Of a stretch of 64,000 nt of DNA, positions 36,675-47,835 are shown piece after piece. Source of the stretch: Mobula hypostoma (Eukaryota); the NCBI RefSeq assembly GCF_963921235.1, contig NC_086101.1, positions 8,992,001-9,056,000 of the forward strand, written 5' to 3'. The notes under the pieces were generated by a model, which was not told the origin of the DNA, did no database searches, and saw nothing but the letters and a program-made list of their open reading frames with translations. Made by a program: the position numbers and the translations under genes. How positions within the stretch are numbered: the stretch's first letter is position 1; each line of letters opens with the position of its first letter.

Positions 36675-39200
36675 ACGGTACAACACACACAAAATGCTGG
36701 AGGAACTCAGCGGGCTTTTCTGCTTCTATGGGGGGATGAAAAGTACAGCCGTCGCTTCGGACCGAACCCCTTCGGCAGGACTGGGGAAAGAAGAACTGAA
36801 GTAGATATAAAAGCTGGGGGAGGGGAGAGAAAAACACACGGTGATCGGAGTAACCTGAAGGGGAGGGATGAAGTAAAGAGCTGGGAGGTTGATCGGTGAA
36901 AGAGATACAGGGCTGGAGAAGGGGGAGTCTGATAGAAGAGACAGAAGTCCAAGGAGGAAAGTTGATGGGGAGGAGCACCAGACGGAGCTGATGGGCGGGC
37001 AAGGAGATAAGATGAGAGAGGGAAACGGGGGATGGGCAATGGTGAAGGAGAGCGGGTTGGGGGTATTACCAGAAGTTCGAGAAATCGATGTTGATGCCAT
37101 CAGGCTGGAGGCTACCCAGAGTATGAGGTGTTGTTTCTCCAAACTAATTGTGGGCTCATCACGACAGTGGAGGAGCCCATGGTAATGCCCCCACTTCTCC
37201 TTCACCATCCCATCCCCTTTTCTCAGTGGGGGGCAAGTTGTTGGAGAACATCCTGAGAGGCAGGAATTATGAGCAATTGGAGAGACATAATCTGATCAGG
37301 GATAGTCTGCCTGGTTTTGTCAAGGGCAGGTCATGCCTTACGAACGTGATTGAATTCTTTGGGGATGTAACAAAACACATTGCTGAAGGTAGAGCAGTGG
37401 ATGTAGTGTATATGGATTTCAGTAAGACATTTGATAAGTTTCCCCATGCGAAGCTCATTCAGAAAGTAATGAGGCATGGGATCCAAGGGGACCTTGCTTT
37501 GTGGATCATGAATTGGCTTGACCACAGAAGGCAAAGAGTGATTGTGGGTAGTTCGTATTCTGCATGGAGGACGGAGACCAGTGGTGTTCTGCAGGGATCT
37601 GTTCTTGGACCTCTTCTCGTCGTGATTTTTATAAATGACCTGGATGAGGAAGTAGAAGGGTGGTTTCAATCACATTCATAAGGCATGACCTGCCCTTAAC
37701 AAAACCAGGCAGGCGGTTGTTTCACTGAACACCTACGCTCTGTCCGCCAGAGAAAGCAGGATCTCCCAGTGGCCACATATTTAATTCCACATCCCATTCC
37801 CATTCTGATATGTCTATACATGGCCTCCTCTACTGTAAAGATGAAGCCACACTCAGGTTGGAGGAACAACACCTTATATTCCATCTGGGTAGCCTCCAAC
37901 CTGGTGGCATGAACATTGACTTCTCAAACTTCCGCTAATGCCCCACCTCCCCCTCATACCCCATCTGTTATTTATTTATATACACACATTTTTTCTCTCT
38001 CTCTCCTTTTTCTCTCTCTGTCCCTCACACTAAACCCCTTGCCCATCCTCTGCGTTTTCCCCCCTCCCACTTCTCTTTGTCCCTGGGCCTCCTGTCCCAT
38101 GATCCTCTCATATCCCTTTCGCCAATCAACTGTCCAGCTCTTGGCTCCATCCCTCCCCCTCCTGTCTGTTCCTATTATTTTGGATCTCCTCCCCCTCCCA
38201 CTTTCATATCTCTTACTAACCCTTCCTTCAGTTAGTCCTGACGAAGGGTCTCGGCCCAAAACGTCGACTGTACCTCTTCCTAGAGATGCTGCCTGGCCTG
38301 CTGCGTTCACCAGCAACTTTGATGTGTGTAGCCAGAGGCTTTTCCCAGGGCTGAATGGCTAACACGAGGGAGGGGGGCAGAGTTTTAAGGTGATTGGAAG
38401 TAGGTACAAGAGGATGTCAGGGGTGAGTTTTTCACACAGAGAGTAGTGGGTGCGTGGAATGCATTGCCAGTGAAGGTGGTAGAGCCAGGTACAATAAGGT
38501 CTTTATAAAAATCTCTTGGATTGGTACATGGTGCTTAGAAAAATAGAGTGCTATGCGGTAGGGAAATTCTAGGCAGCTTAATCTAGAGTATATTACATGG
38601 TCGGCACTACGTTGTGGGCCGAAGGGACTGTCATGTGCTGTAGATTTTCTGTGTTCTATACTGGATGAACTCAGCAGGTCAGACTGCATCTATGGAAATG
38701 ACAATTGATTAAGAAGGGAGGGGGACAGAATATTTTTCTGGAAGCAGAAATAAAATTCATGCCATCAGGTTGGAGGCTACCCAAACATAATACACGTTGT
38801 TTTTCCTTCGCACAAGGGAAGGCTATCTACTGACAGGCTGGAATGGGAATGAGAATTGAATTTAAAATGTTTGGCCACCAGGAAGTTCCATCTTTGGCAG
38901 ATGGAGCAGAGGTATCTGACAAAGCAGTCCCCAATTTACAACAGGTCACACCAATGTAGAGGAGGCTGCATTGGGAGCGGCAGACCAAATAGATGACCCC
39001 AGCAGATGAAGTGTTGCCTCACCTGGAAGGACTTTTTGGGTCCTTGACTGGAGGTGGGGGAGCAGGTGACCAGGTACTTTGGCTGCTTCCTGGGATAAGT
39101 GTCAGGAGAGAGATTAGTGGGGAGGGTGAATGGACAAGGGAGTCATGGAGGGAGTGATCCCTGCAGAAAGTAGAGAAGGAAGGAGGTAAAGATATGTTTG
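36675..39200. mobile_element. Mosaic of Penelope terminal/GIY-YIG fragments and CR1 fragments upstream of TRIM-B
   Basis: ACACACAAAATGCTGGAGGAACTCAGC termini; CR1 RT piece 37220-37665 (YMDFSKTFDK); Penelope pieces 37710-38330 (+) and 38750-39200 (-). Confidence 0.65.
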
Positions 39201-39490
39201 AGGACACGAGTTCCGTGGGGCAGGAGCACCCAGGAGCAGGGTCGGGCAACAGGCCAACTGTTGTCTCGCTTTTCGGGAATTGTCACTTTCAGTTCTGCCT
39301 TACACTGAACCAGGCTCCGCGCTTCGGGTTCATTTATATTCAGACCTCTTTAATGTGTTTCTGTTCCCACCCTGACGTGGAAATTGCTGCGATTCCTTCC
39401 CAGAGAACACTTGCAGCAACGTTATGTTCATTCCGGGACTGCAGCGCGCCTACTGGACAATCGCGGTACTGCAGGGGTTCAGCAGCGCCC

Positions 39491-39519
39491 GAAAGTGAAA
39501 GGATCCTGAACCAGGAAGT
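39491..39519 (+). promoter_or_regulatory. IRF-E/ISRE-like GAAAGTGAAAG plus ETS-like CAGGAAGT upstream of the TRIM-B ATG
   Basis: CCCGAAAGTGAAAGGATCCTGAACCAGGAAGTACC just upstream of ATG 39533. Confidence 0.55.
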
Positions 39520-39532
39520 ACCGAGAGTTAAC

Positions 39533-39943
39533 ATGGCTTCGAAAGGACAGGTCGAGAGTTGGACCGAGGAAGCGATCTGTCCCATCTGCCTGGATTTCTT
39601 CACCGATCCGGTTATACTGGAGTGTGGACACAACTTCTGCCGCTCCTGTATCACACGGTGTTGGGAAAGGGAGGAGAGAAACTCCTGCCCGGAATGTAGA
39701 GAGGAGATTGCAGACCGCACCCTCAGGGTCAATCGGGCCTTAGCAAATCTGTCTGAGAAAGCTCGAAAACTAAACCTGAATCCGAAAGAGAAGGAAAGTA
39801 AACTTCACTGCGAGGAACATGAGGAAGAACTGAAGCTGTTTTGTGAGACGGACTGGAAACTGATCTGTCTGATCTGTAGAGATGCACAGGAACACAAGTC
39901 TCACAACTTCATGCCGATTAAAGAAGCCGTTAAAATTTACAAG
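39533..39943 (+). CDS. TRIM-B coding exon 1 (intact C3HC4 RING + B-box)
   Basis: [39 protein letters not shown]...NSCPEC...[32 protein letters not shown]; 411 bp; AAG|GTAAAA. Confidence 0.93.
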
Positions 39944-40029
39944 GTAAAAATAACCCGCTTTCTATCGTCTTTTTGTCTAATCCAAAAGTGTCATCTTTTT
40001 GTCTAATCCAGTCACTCTTTGATTCCCAG

Positions 40030-40125
40030 GATCGGGTTAAATCTTCCTTAGAGTCTCTCACAAAAAAGAAATCAGACTTTCAGGAAATGGAGCAGCAACA
40101 GAAAGAGAAGATTTCTGGAGTTCGG
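40030..40125 (+). CDS. TRIM-B coding exon 2 (96 bp)
   Basis: TTCCCAG|GATCGG...GTTCGG|GTGAGG; DRVKSSLESLTKKKSDFQEMEQQQKEKISGVR. Confidence 0.9.
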
Positions 40126-40429
40126 GTGAGGCTTCCTGAGCAGAATTTCCAATATCTTTGTGTAGTTTTGTTCCCTTTAATGCAGAATAGCAGAGTGTCG
40201 CAGCTCTAGTGCCCTGGGATCGATCCTGACCTCTGGTGCTGTCTGCGTGGAGTTTGCACGTTCTCTCCATAACCAGTACCTTCCTTTAGCCGACATTCCA
40301 TGGTTGAGTGGTAAATTGGCCACTGTAATTAACCCTGTGAAGGGGGGTTGTATGTGAATCAGGTGGGAGTTAATGGGTCAGTGAGGAAGACTGGGTTTCA
40401 GGGAAATGTGATTGAAGATCTGAGAGCCA

Positions 40430-40850
40430 CTTACTTACTGCCTGTTATACCCCTGGTGTTTAGGACAGCAATGAAGGTCCTCCATTTCTGGCAGTGTTCA
40501 TGTCTTCATTGAACACATCAGCAGCTACTTCTCGGTTTTCACTACTGTCAGTCATGCAGGTCCTGAGTGGAGACTCAGGAATAACATGGCACTCAGATGT
40601 AGAAAGACTTTTCACTGTTTCCGTAACAATTTTGTTTCACCAGTCAGTATTGTTAGCCCTGAGCTGAACCCATTTACCTGGAGGACCAGTAGACCATTCT
40701 TACTCTGGCCTCTACCCTTTGACCTGTTTGGCATGGGTGACCCCACCAAGAGTCAAAGCATAAAGCCCACATTCCAGCCAATATAGTTCTTTGGGTCACT
40801 GAGGCACACAAGCCTCCAAACCCAACGGCAAGGTTGTGGTCCTCTTGGAT
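40430..40850 (-). mobile_element. Probable RTE-related non-autonomous element in TRIM-B intron 2
   Basis: (TAAG)n-type tail on minus strand at ~40430; not present in TRIM-A intron 2. Confidence 0.45.
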
Positions 40851-40934
40851 GATAATGGGCTGGATAGACCTTCCATATCATAAGGAAATACATCAGGGCC
40901 AAATAATAAACTAGCCTCTCCTTTCATTTGACAG

Positions 40935-41168
40935 GAACAGTCACACAACGTTCAGTCCCAGATCACATCCCAGTTTGCTGAACTGCGCCGGATTATCACT
41001 GAGAAAGAGCAGCGCGCGCTCCGAGATCTCAGGGAAGAAGAGGAGAGGATTCTAAATCCAATGGAGAAAAATCTTCAAGTAATTCAAGAGAATTTAAATT
41101 TCATCCAGGAGGAAATCTCAAAGTTACAGGAACAGATGGATCAACAAGACAATACCATATTCCTCATG
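40935..41168 (+). CDS. TRIM-B coding exon 3 (234 bp)
   Basis: TTGACAG|GAACAG...CTCATG|GTGAGA; EQSHNVQSQITSQFAELRRIITEKEQRALRDLREEEERIL...TIFLM. Confidence 0.9.
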
Positions 41169-41382
41169 GTGAGAGATTTCAGTTTGTTTCTGTAAAAGTT
41201 CACAGTCACAAAATGATGTATTTTATCTCAGTATGGGATTTACAAATACTGTAGTTGTAAACTGATTTAAACCAGACAGATGGTTTGACTGTTCAGGATT
41301 GTTGTTGTCCCCAATCCGGCCTCCCACAACATCTGTACATCACAGGACAGTCTGCAAACTTCTCGGGAGTGTTCACTCTGAT

Positions 41383-41815
41383 CATAGAAACATAGAAACA
41401 TAGAAAATAGGTGCAGGAGTAGGCCATTCGGCCCTTCGAGCCTGCACCGCCATTTATTATGATCATGGCTGATCATCCAACTCAGAACCCAGCCTTCCCT
41501 CCATACCCCCTGACCCCTGTAGCCACAAGGGCCATATCTAACTTCCTTTTAAACATAGCTAATGAACTGGCCTCAACAGTTTGCTGTGGCAGAGAATTCC
41601 ACAGATTCACCACTCTCTGTGTGAAGAAGTTTTTCCTAACCTCGGTCCTAAAAGGCTTCCCCTCTATCCTCAAACTGTGACCCCTCGTTCTAGACCTCCC
41701 CAACATCGGGAACAATCTTCCTGCATCTAGCCTGTCCAATCCCTTTAGGATCTTATACGTTTCAATCAGATCCCCCCTCAATCTTCTAAATTCCAACGAG
41801 TACAAGCCCAGTTCA
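41383..41815 (-). mobile_element. CR1 family A short 3' fragment in TRIM-B intron 3
   Basis: YSLEFRRLRGDLIETYK...GKAGF*; TCATAG at 41382-41387 and 41813-41818; the paralog TRIM-A intron is empty here. Confidence 0.9.
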
Positions 41816-41989
41816 TAGCACTGAACCAGTGATCATTTCTGTGATTCCCCACGTATAATATCCCCTGATACTCAGAGTAACATCCCATTACAGTCACAGA
41901 CTGTGAGTGTGTCTGGTGCGGTGGGTGTGAGGGTCCTAAGCTCTGGTGCTGTCTGCATGGAGTTTGTGTGTTCGATCTGAAGCTCAGTT

Positions 41990-42804
41990 GGCCGGGACAA
42001 TCGACCGGGGTGAGCCACGGTGGCAGGGCCTCTAGCACTGAGTCTGACCCTGTGGCACAGAAGGGTGGGATGGAGAAGAGGAGAGCTGTTGTCATTGGGG
42101 ACTCTATAGTCAGGGGAGCAGACAGGAGGTTTTGTGGACATGAGAAGCACACCCGCATGGTTTGTTGCCTCCCAGGTGCCAGGGTCCAGGATGTCTCTGA
42201 CCGGGTGCACGACATCCTGGTATGAGAGGGAAAGCAACCAGAAGTCATGATACATGTTGGCACCAACAACATAGGCAGGAAGAGGGATGAGGACGTGAAC
42301 TGTGAGTTTCGGGAACTAGGCAGAAGGCTGAAGAACAAGACATCAGGGGTGAGGAGCTGGTGCAGGGGGCAGGGGTTAGATTTTTGGATCATTGGGATCT
42401 CTTTTGGGGAAGGTGGGACCTGTACAAATTGGATGGGTTGCACCTGAACTTGAGGGGGAGCAATATCCTTGCAGGTAGATTTGCTAGCATGGTTCGGGAG
42501 GGTTTAAACTAATTTGCAAGGGGGATAGAGCAGTGAAAGAAGTGCATGGAGTAAAGGCAGATCTATCATACAGAGAGACTTTGAGGAAAGAGAAGCAGAA
42601 TAAACGGTGTAAAGACAGTAAGGTAGAAGGGCTGAAATGTGTGTACCTCAATGCAAGAAGCATCAGGAACAAAGGTGATGAACTGACAGCTTGGATACAT
42701 ACATGGGATTATGATATAGTGGCCATTACAGAGACTTGGCTGGCACCAGGGCAGGAATGGATTCTCAACATTCCTGGATTTCAGTGCTTTAAAAGGGATA
42801 GAGA
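41990..42804 (+). mobile_element. CR1 LINE (family B), 5' part: ORF1 esterase remnant and start of ORF2
   Basis: RAVVIGDSIVRGADRRFCG, IHVGTNNIG; LKCVYLNARSIRNK...IVAITETWL...FQCFKRDR; cut by the Tx1 insertion. Confidence 0.85.
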
Positions 42805-43031
42805 CTTTTTTTTTCTTTTTTTAAATTTCAAAATATACTTTATTCAAACAGAAATATACACAATAAACCATTTAATAACTTTTCATCCTTTACATAAGTT
42901 TCCATTATAGTCAGTACATATCTGTATTTATAGCCACCCACGTGGCACTCCAGTAGTTCAGCTTACCATATCATTGTTGAGGGGTATACTCCCCGCCCAC
43001 CGACCCCTCCCACTCCCACGGGTGGAGAAAC

Positions 43032-46000
43032 CTATACTGTGGTCCTTCCCCACCGGGCCCTTGCGGTGGCTGCACCAAGTTTCAGTGCGTCCCTCAGCAC
43101 GTACTCCTGCAGCCGAGAATGTGCCAGTCGGCAGCATTCTCCCACGGACATCTCCATGTGCTGGTAGATCATCAAGTTTCGGGCCAACCAAAGAGCGTCT
43201 TTCACCGAGTTGATGATCTGCCAGCAGCACCGGACGTTGGTCTCCGTGTGTGTCCCCGGGAACAGCCCGTAGATCAGAGAGTCCTCTGTTACGCAGCTGC
43301 TAGGGATAAAACGTGACACTAGCCCTTCCATCCTCCTCCACACCCTCTTTGCGAACTGGCAGTGTGCAAAGAGGTGGGTCACAGACTCCTCCTCACTGCA
43401 GTCCTCCCGTGGGCATTGGGGTGCGGAGACGACGTTCTGGGCATACAGGAGGGCTCTGACTGGGAGGGCCCCTCTCACCGCCAGCCAGGCGAGGTCTTGG
43501 TGCCTGTTGGTGAGATCTGGCGATGAGGCATTTTACCAGATGAACTGGACAGTCTGCTCAGGGAACCACCCCACTGTGTCCATCATGTCCTTCTCCTGCA
43601 GTGCCTGCAGGACACTACGTGCCAACCACTGCCTGATGGCCCTGTGGTCAAAGGCGTTCTCCTGGAAGAACTTTGCTACGTAGGACAGGTATGCCGGCAA
43701 CGACCAGCTGACTGGGGCGTTGCGCGGGAGTGGGGCCAGACCCATCCTTCGTAGCCAGGGCGACAGGTAGAACCTGGGCACATAGTGGTACTTGGTGATC
43801 ACATACCTGGGTTCTACACACAACCTGATGCAGCCACATACGAAGCTGGCCATCAGGGTGAGGGCGACATTGGGGACGTTCTTTCCCCCGTTGTCCAGGG
43901 ACTTGTGCATGACGGTCCATCTCACCCGCTCCATCTTGGATCCCCAGACGAATCTGAAGACAGCCCGGGTGATTTCCGAGCTGTAGGACCGGGGGACGGG
44001 CCAGACCTGCGCCAAGTACAGCAGCCCTGAGAGCACCTCACACCTGATGACCAGGTTCTTGCCCGTTATCGACAGGGAGCACTCTCCCCACAGTCCCAGT
44101 TTCTGTTTCACCTTGGCAGTCCGCTCCTGCCAGTTCTTGCTGCACGCCTCAGCCCCTCCGAACCAGATCCCCAACACCTTCACGTGGTCAGACCTGATGG
44201 TGAAGGGGACGCTGGATCGGTCGGGCCAGTTGCCGAAGAGCATGGTTTCGCTCTTCGTGCAGTTGACCCTGGCCCCCGACGCTAGATCGAACTGTTCGCA
44301 GGTGCCAATCAACCTGCGAACTGACCTCGGATCAGAGCAGAAGATGGTGATGTCGTCCATGTACAGGGAGGGTTTCACTTGGGTCCCTCCACTGCCTGGC
44401 AGTGTCACCCCTCTTATGCCCTCATGCCTCCTGATGGCCTTGGCAAAGGGCTCTATACAGCACACAAACAAGACAGGGGAGAGGGGACAGCCCTGCCTGA
44501 CTCCAGACCTGATGGGGAAGCTGTCTGTTTCCCACCCGTTGACCTGTACTGCACTACGGATGTCTGTGTAGAGCAGTCTAATCCAATTCCGGATTCCCTC
44601 CCCAAATCCCATTTTGGAGAGCACGTCCGCCATGTCTGTGTGCGATATCCTGTCGAAGGCTTTCTCCTGGTCCAAGCTGACCAGGCAGGCGTCCACCCCA
44701 CCTGTCCTGCACGTAGGCGATGGTGTCCCTCAGCAGCGTGAGGCTGTCTGAGATCTTCCTGCCCGGTACAGCACAGGTTTGGTCTGGGTGGATCACCTGT
44801 CCCAGAGCAGACTTGACCCTGTTGGCGATAGCCTTGGACAGGATCTTGTAATTCACATTCAGGAGAGAGATGGGTCTCCAATTCCTAATGTCCTCCCTTT
44901 CCCCCTTCTGCTTGTAGATGAGGGTGATGATGCCCTTCCTCATGGACTCAGACATGCTGCTGGCCAGAAGCATAGCGTTGTACACTTCCAGCAGGTCTGG
45001 GCCCATCCAGTTCCACAGAAGGACTTGCAGATCCTCAGTATGTCGGTCTGCGAGGACGCGACTGAGCCGTCCTCTTCCTTAAGGTTGTGGATCACGGAGC
45101 TTCCCCTGTGCACCTTTTGGATGAAGAAGCGTGAGCACGTCTCGTCCTGCTCCACGGTTCGGACCCTTGATCGGAAGATGATCTTGGAGGATTCGGCGGC
45201 GAGGTGCTGGGCTTGCCGGCCCTTCACCTGTCGCAATTCCTCCCTGACATCCATCCCCTTCGATTGCAGAAAGAGAAGTTGCTGCAACTCTGTCTGGAGT
45301 TTACGCAGTTCCCTCTGCTCCTGCTTTGCCTTTTGGATACCTTTGCAAATGAAGAACCTCCTAATGTTCTCCTTGGTAGCTTCCCACCAGTGAACAGGGG
45401 AATCAAAGAAGGCTTTCAAGGCTCTCCAACCTGTGTACTCCCTCTCTAGTTCCTCGATGTTCTCTGGGGTCAGCAGCTTTACGTTCAGCTTCCCAGTCCC
45501 CCTGCCTGCTTTCCGGTCCTCCCGTAAGAGACAGGTGGCTCTCAGAAGGCAGTGGTCAGAGAAGAACACCGGCGTGACGTGGGTGGACCTGACCGTGAGG
45601 GACTCAGACAGGAAGAGGAAGTCGATCCGGGAGCGGGCTGAGCCGTCCGATCGTGTCCAGGTGGCTTGCGGCTGTGCTCCACCTGTGGGGGTGCCAAAGG
45701 CGTCGCGCAGCTTGGCTGTCTTCACCATTTCCCTCAGGAGTCTAGAGGTACTGTCCAGCCTGCCGGGTACTCCAGCCGCATCAATGGTGCAGTTGAAGTC
45801 TCCGGCCAGAATGACCGGCTGGGACGTCACCAGCAGCTGTGGGAGCTGCTCGATGACGGCCAGCCGCTCGCTCCGCACGGGGGAGGCGTACACGTTGATC
45901 AGCCGGAGCGGAGTGCCCCGGTATTTGACGTCTGCTACCAGGAGGCGCCCCGCAACCACCTCTTTAACTTGGGTGATTGAGAAGTTGCCTCCCCGCAGCA

Positions 46001-46237
46001 GAATCCCCAGGCCGGAAGCGCGACAATCGTTGCCCCCCGACCAACAGACAAACCTTTTTTCCACCACCGTGACCACCTCCGGTAGTTCCGGTAGTTCCGG
46101 AAGTGTGGTAGTCCGCACTCCTGGAGGAAGGTCACGTCGGTCTTTACAGTGTCCAGGTACTGGAGCGTGCTGACGCATCGCCCAGTACTCTTCAAACTTC
46201 GCACGTTCAAGCACGCCAGTTTAAGGTCTGCCATCAT
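43032..46237 (-). pseudogene. Tx1 ORF2 (endonuclease-RT-zinc finger), frameshifted
   Basis: MADLKLACLNVRS...FLQEC; LAGDFNC; SRIDFLF; FFSDHC; NWRPISLLN; LDQEKAFDRI; GVRQGCPLSP; LYMDD; CPREDC...ESVTHLFAHC; ends WGRTTV*. Confidence 0.9.
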
Positions 46238-46247
46238 TGTAAGTCTT

Positions 46248-47675
46248 TTATTTTGGCTGCTCTCCGTCCTCACCCTTGCCATCCTGAGCCTTCATTCCCA
46301 CCGCCTTTGTGAAGTTTTCCACCTCCTATGGGCTCAGGTACTGCTGGTAGTACTCCTCCGTGTGTGGCCGTTCTGGTTCTGGGCCCGGGGGGTTGTTGAC
46401 TTACTGGGCTGCTTCCCCTTCCAGCTGCTGGGTGCCAGCCGTGGCTCTGCTCCCGGATTCCCGGAGCTCTGTGTGTCTGCTGCTCTCCGCCTTCTGTACT
46501 TGGGGGGTGGTCAGCAGACTTCCTCCCTCCTCTCTCCTCCTCTCCACCTGTTCTGCCAGCCGCTTCTTCCGCTGGGGCTGCTGCCCCCCCCCCAACTCCC
46601 TCCTCCTCTGAAGAGGACAGGGTACGAGAGGCTGTGTGGTTCCCTGCCCTTTTCTTGCGTTGCTCCGCATTCTGTCGCTTGGCCGCGGCCTTTTGGGTCT
46701 TTTTGCGTTTCACGACCTTCCATTCCGTTTCCACCTCAGCTCTCCCCTCCTCCATGGACTCCTGCTCGTCGTTTGCCTGGTCCTGGAGGGTCTGCAGTGG
46801 GGTGGCAGGTCTCGGGGTGCTTGCACCTTCCTCCCTGGTTTCATCGTCCGCCCTGTCGGGTGCCTCGTCTGCAGAGCTGGCGGGTACGTCCGGAACTGCC
46901 TGGGCCCTTTCAGGGCCAGCACCTCCCCTGGTCGCCTGTGCGTAGGTGCCCCCACGCCTCGGGCAGGCTCTGTACAGGTGGCCAGCTTGTCCACAAAGGT
47001 TGCGGGACTTGGCCTGCGTGCAGTCTTTGGTCAGGTGGCCTTCGGTTTTACAGTTCTTGCACATCACCACCCTGCACTGGGCTGCGATGTGCCCTGCCTT
47101 GCCGCAGTTTCGGCACACCCTGGGTTGCCCGCGTACACCGTGTACCCTTGGTTCCCTCCCATGGCGAAGACGGAGGGGGGGGTGGATGACGCCGCCGTTG
47201 GAATCCAACCTCAGCTTCACCTTGACCTGTCTTTTGCTGGTCCAGATTCCCAGTCCGTCCTTCACGTCCGCTGGTGTTCCTACGCTCTCCACATACCGAG
47301 TGAGGAATGTCAGGACATCCACCACTGGCACTGCGGGTTGAACATGTGCACCGTGATTGTCCGTTCCTGTTGGGTAGCTGTTGCAAAGAGGGCCTGTGCT
47401 TTCAGCAGCGACAGCGGCGCCTCTGTCCCCTTCAGCTGAAGCTGCTACTACAGCTTCTGCCACCCTGCAGCCTGCCGGAAAGTGACATCGAAGAAACCTG
47501 CGAAATCCTGGACGCAGTAGATGTTGTCGGGTGTAAATCCGCAGCACTCCATCAAGACCTTCCGGATGAAGGTCTCTTGGGTGAAGCCGGTGCCCCCGTT
47601 CCGGTCTCTCACTGTCAGCCTGACAGTGTTCTTGATTCCCGGGCCTCGGGCCGATGCACTGCTCGCTGCTGCCAT
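46248..47675 (-). pseudogene. Tx1 ORF1 (gag-like, three zinc knuckles), frameshifted
   Basis: MAAASSASARGPGIKNTVRL...FFDVTF; CRNCGKAGHIAAQC, CKNCKTEGHLTKDC, (R)NLCGQAGHLYRAC; pieces lie in several frames. Confidence 0.85.
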
Positions 47676-47783
47676 CTTCTTCCTCACTGCTGTCGTCGCT
47701 GGTATGGGGTGTTAGATTGGAGGCCAATCAGCATTAGGATCCACCCCTGCGTCAGCGCGAACTCTTCTCCTCCGCCTTCTGGT

Positions 47784-47835
47784 CTGATAAGTACGGATAC
47801 TACACTTGATCTTAGCCAAAAGGCCGAGAAGCGAT
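47784..47835 (-). ncRNA. RNU2: U2 snRNA 5' fragment (nt 1-52), not a complete gene
   Basis: Minus strand ATCGCTTCTCGGCCTTTTGGCTAAGATCAAGTGTAGTATC CGTACTTATCAG: nt 1-40 identical to vertebrate U2 as I recall it, 2 mismatches in nt 41-52; no Sm site or 3' half. Confidence 0.93.

Larger units (their letters stand above)
42805..47835 (-). mobile_element. Near full-length Tx1-clade (Keno-like) non-LTR retrotransposon with a U2 snRNA-derived 5' end
   Basis: ORF1 with CCHC knuckles; ORF2 with APE endonuclease, RT (YMDD) and C-terminal CCHC; AATAAA 42844-42839; A-tail 42822-42806; direct repeat GATAGAGA at 42797-42804 and 47833-47840; interrupts a CR1 endonuclease region. Confidence 0.92.

Noticed and set aside
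39194..39532. N-terminal extension of TRIM-B (and 14765-14845 for TRIM-A) from the ORF track
   Set aside because: The extensions are not conserved in start or length between paralogs. The shared AACATGG start at MASKGQ gives matching 411-bp exons.
46270..47727. Host ZCCHC3-like gene (485-aa ORF)
   Set aside because: It is the frameshifted ORF1 of the Tx1 element, directly followed by ORF2 and bounded by an A-tail and target-site duplication.
47784..47835. Functional U2 snRNA gene
   Set aside because: Only nt 1-52 are present. There is no Sm site or 3' stem-loops, and the upstream DNA is CR1 coding sequence rather than an snRNA promoter.
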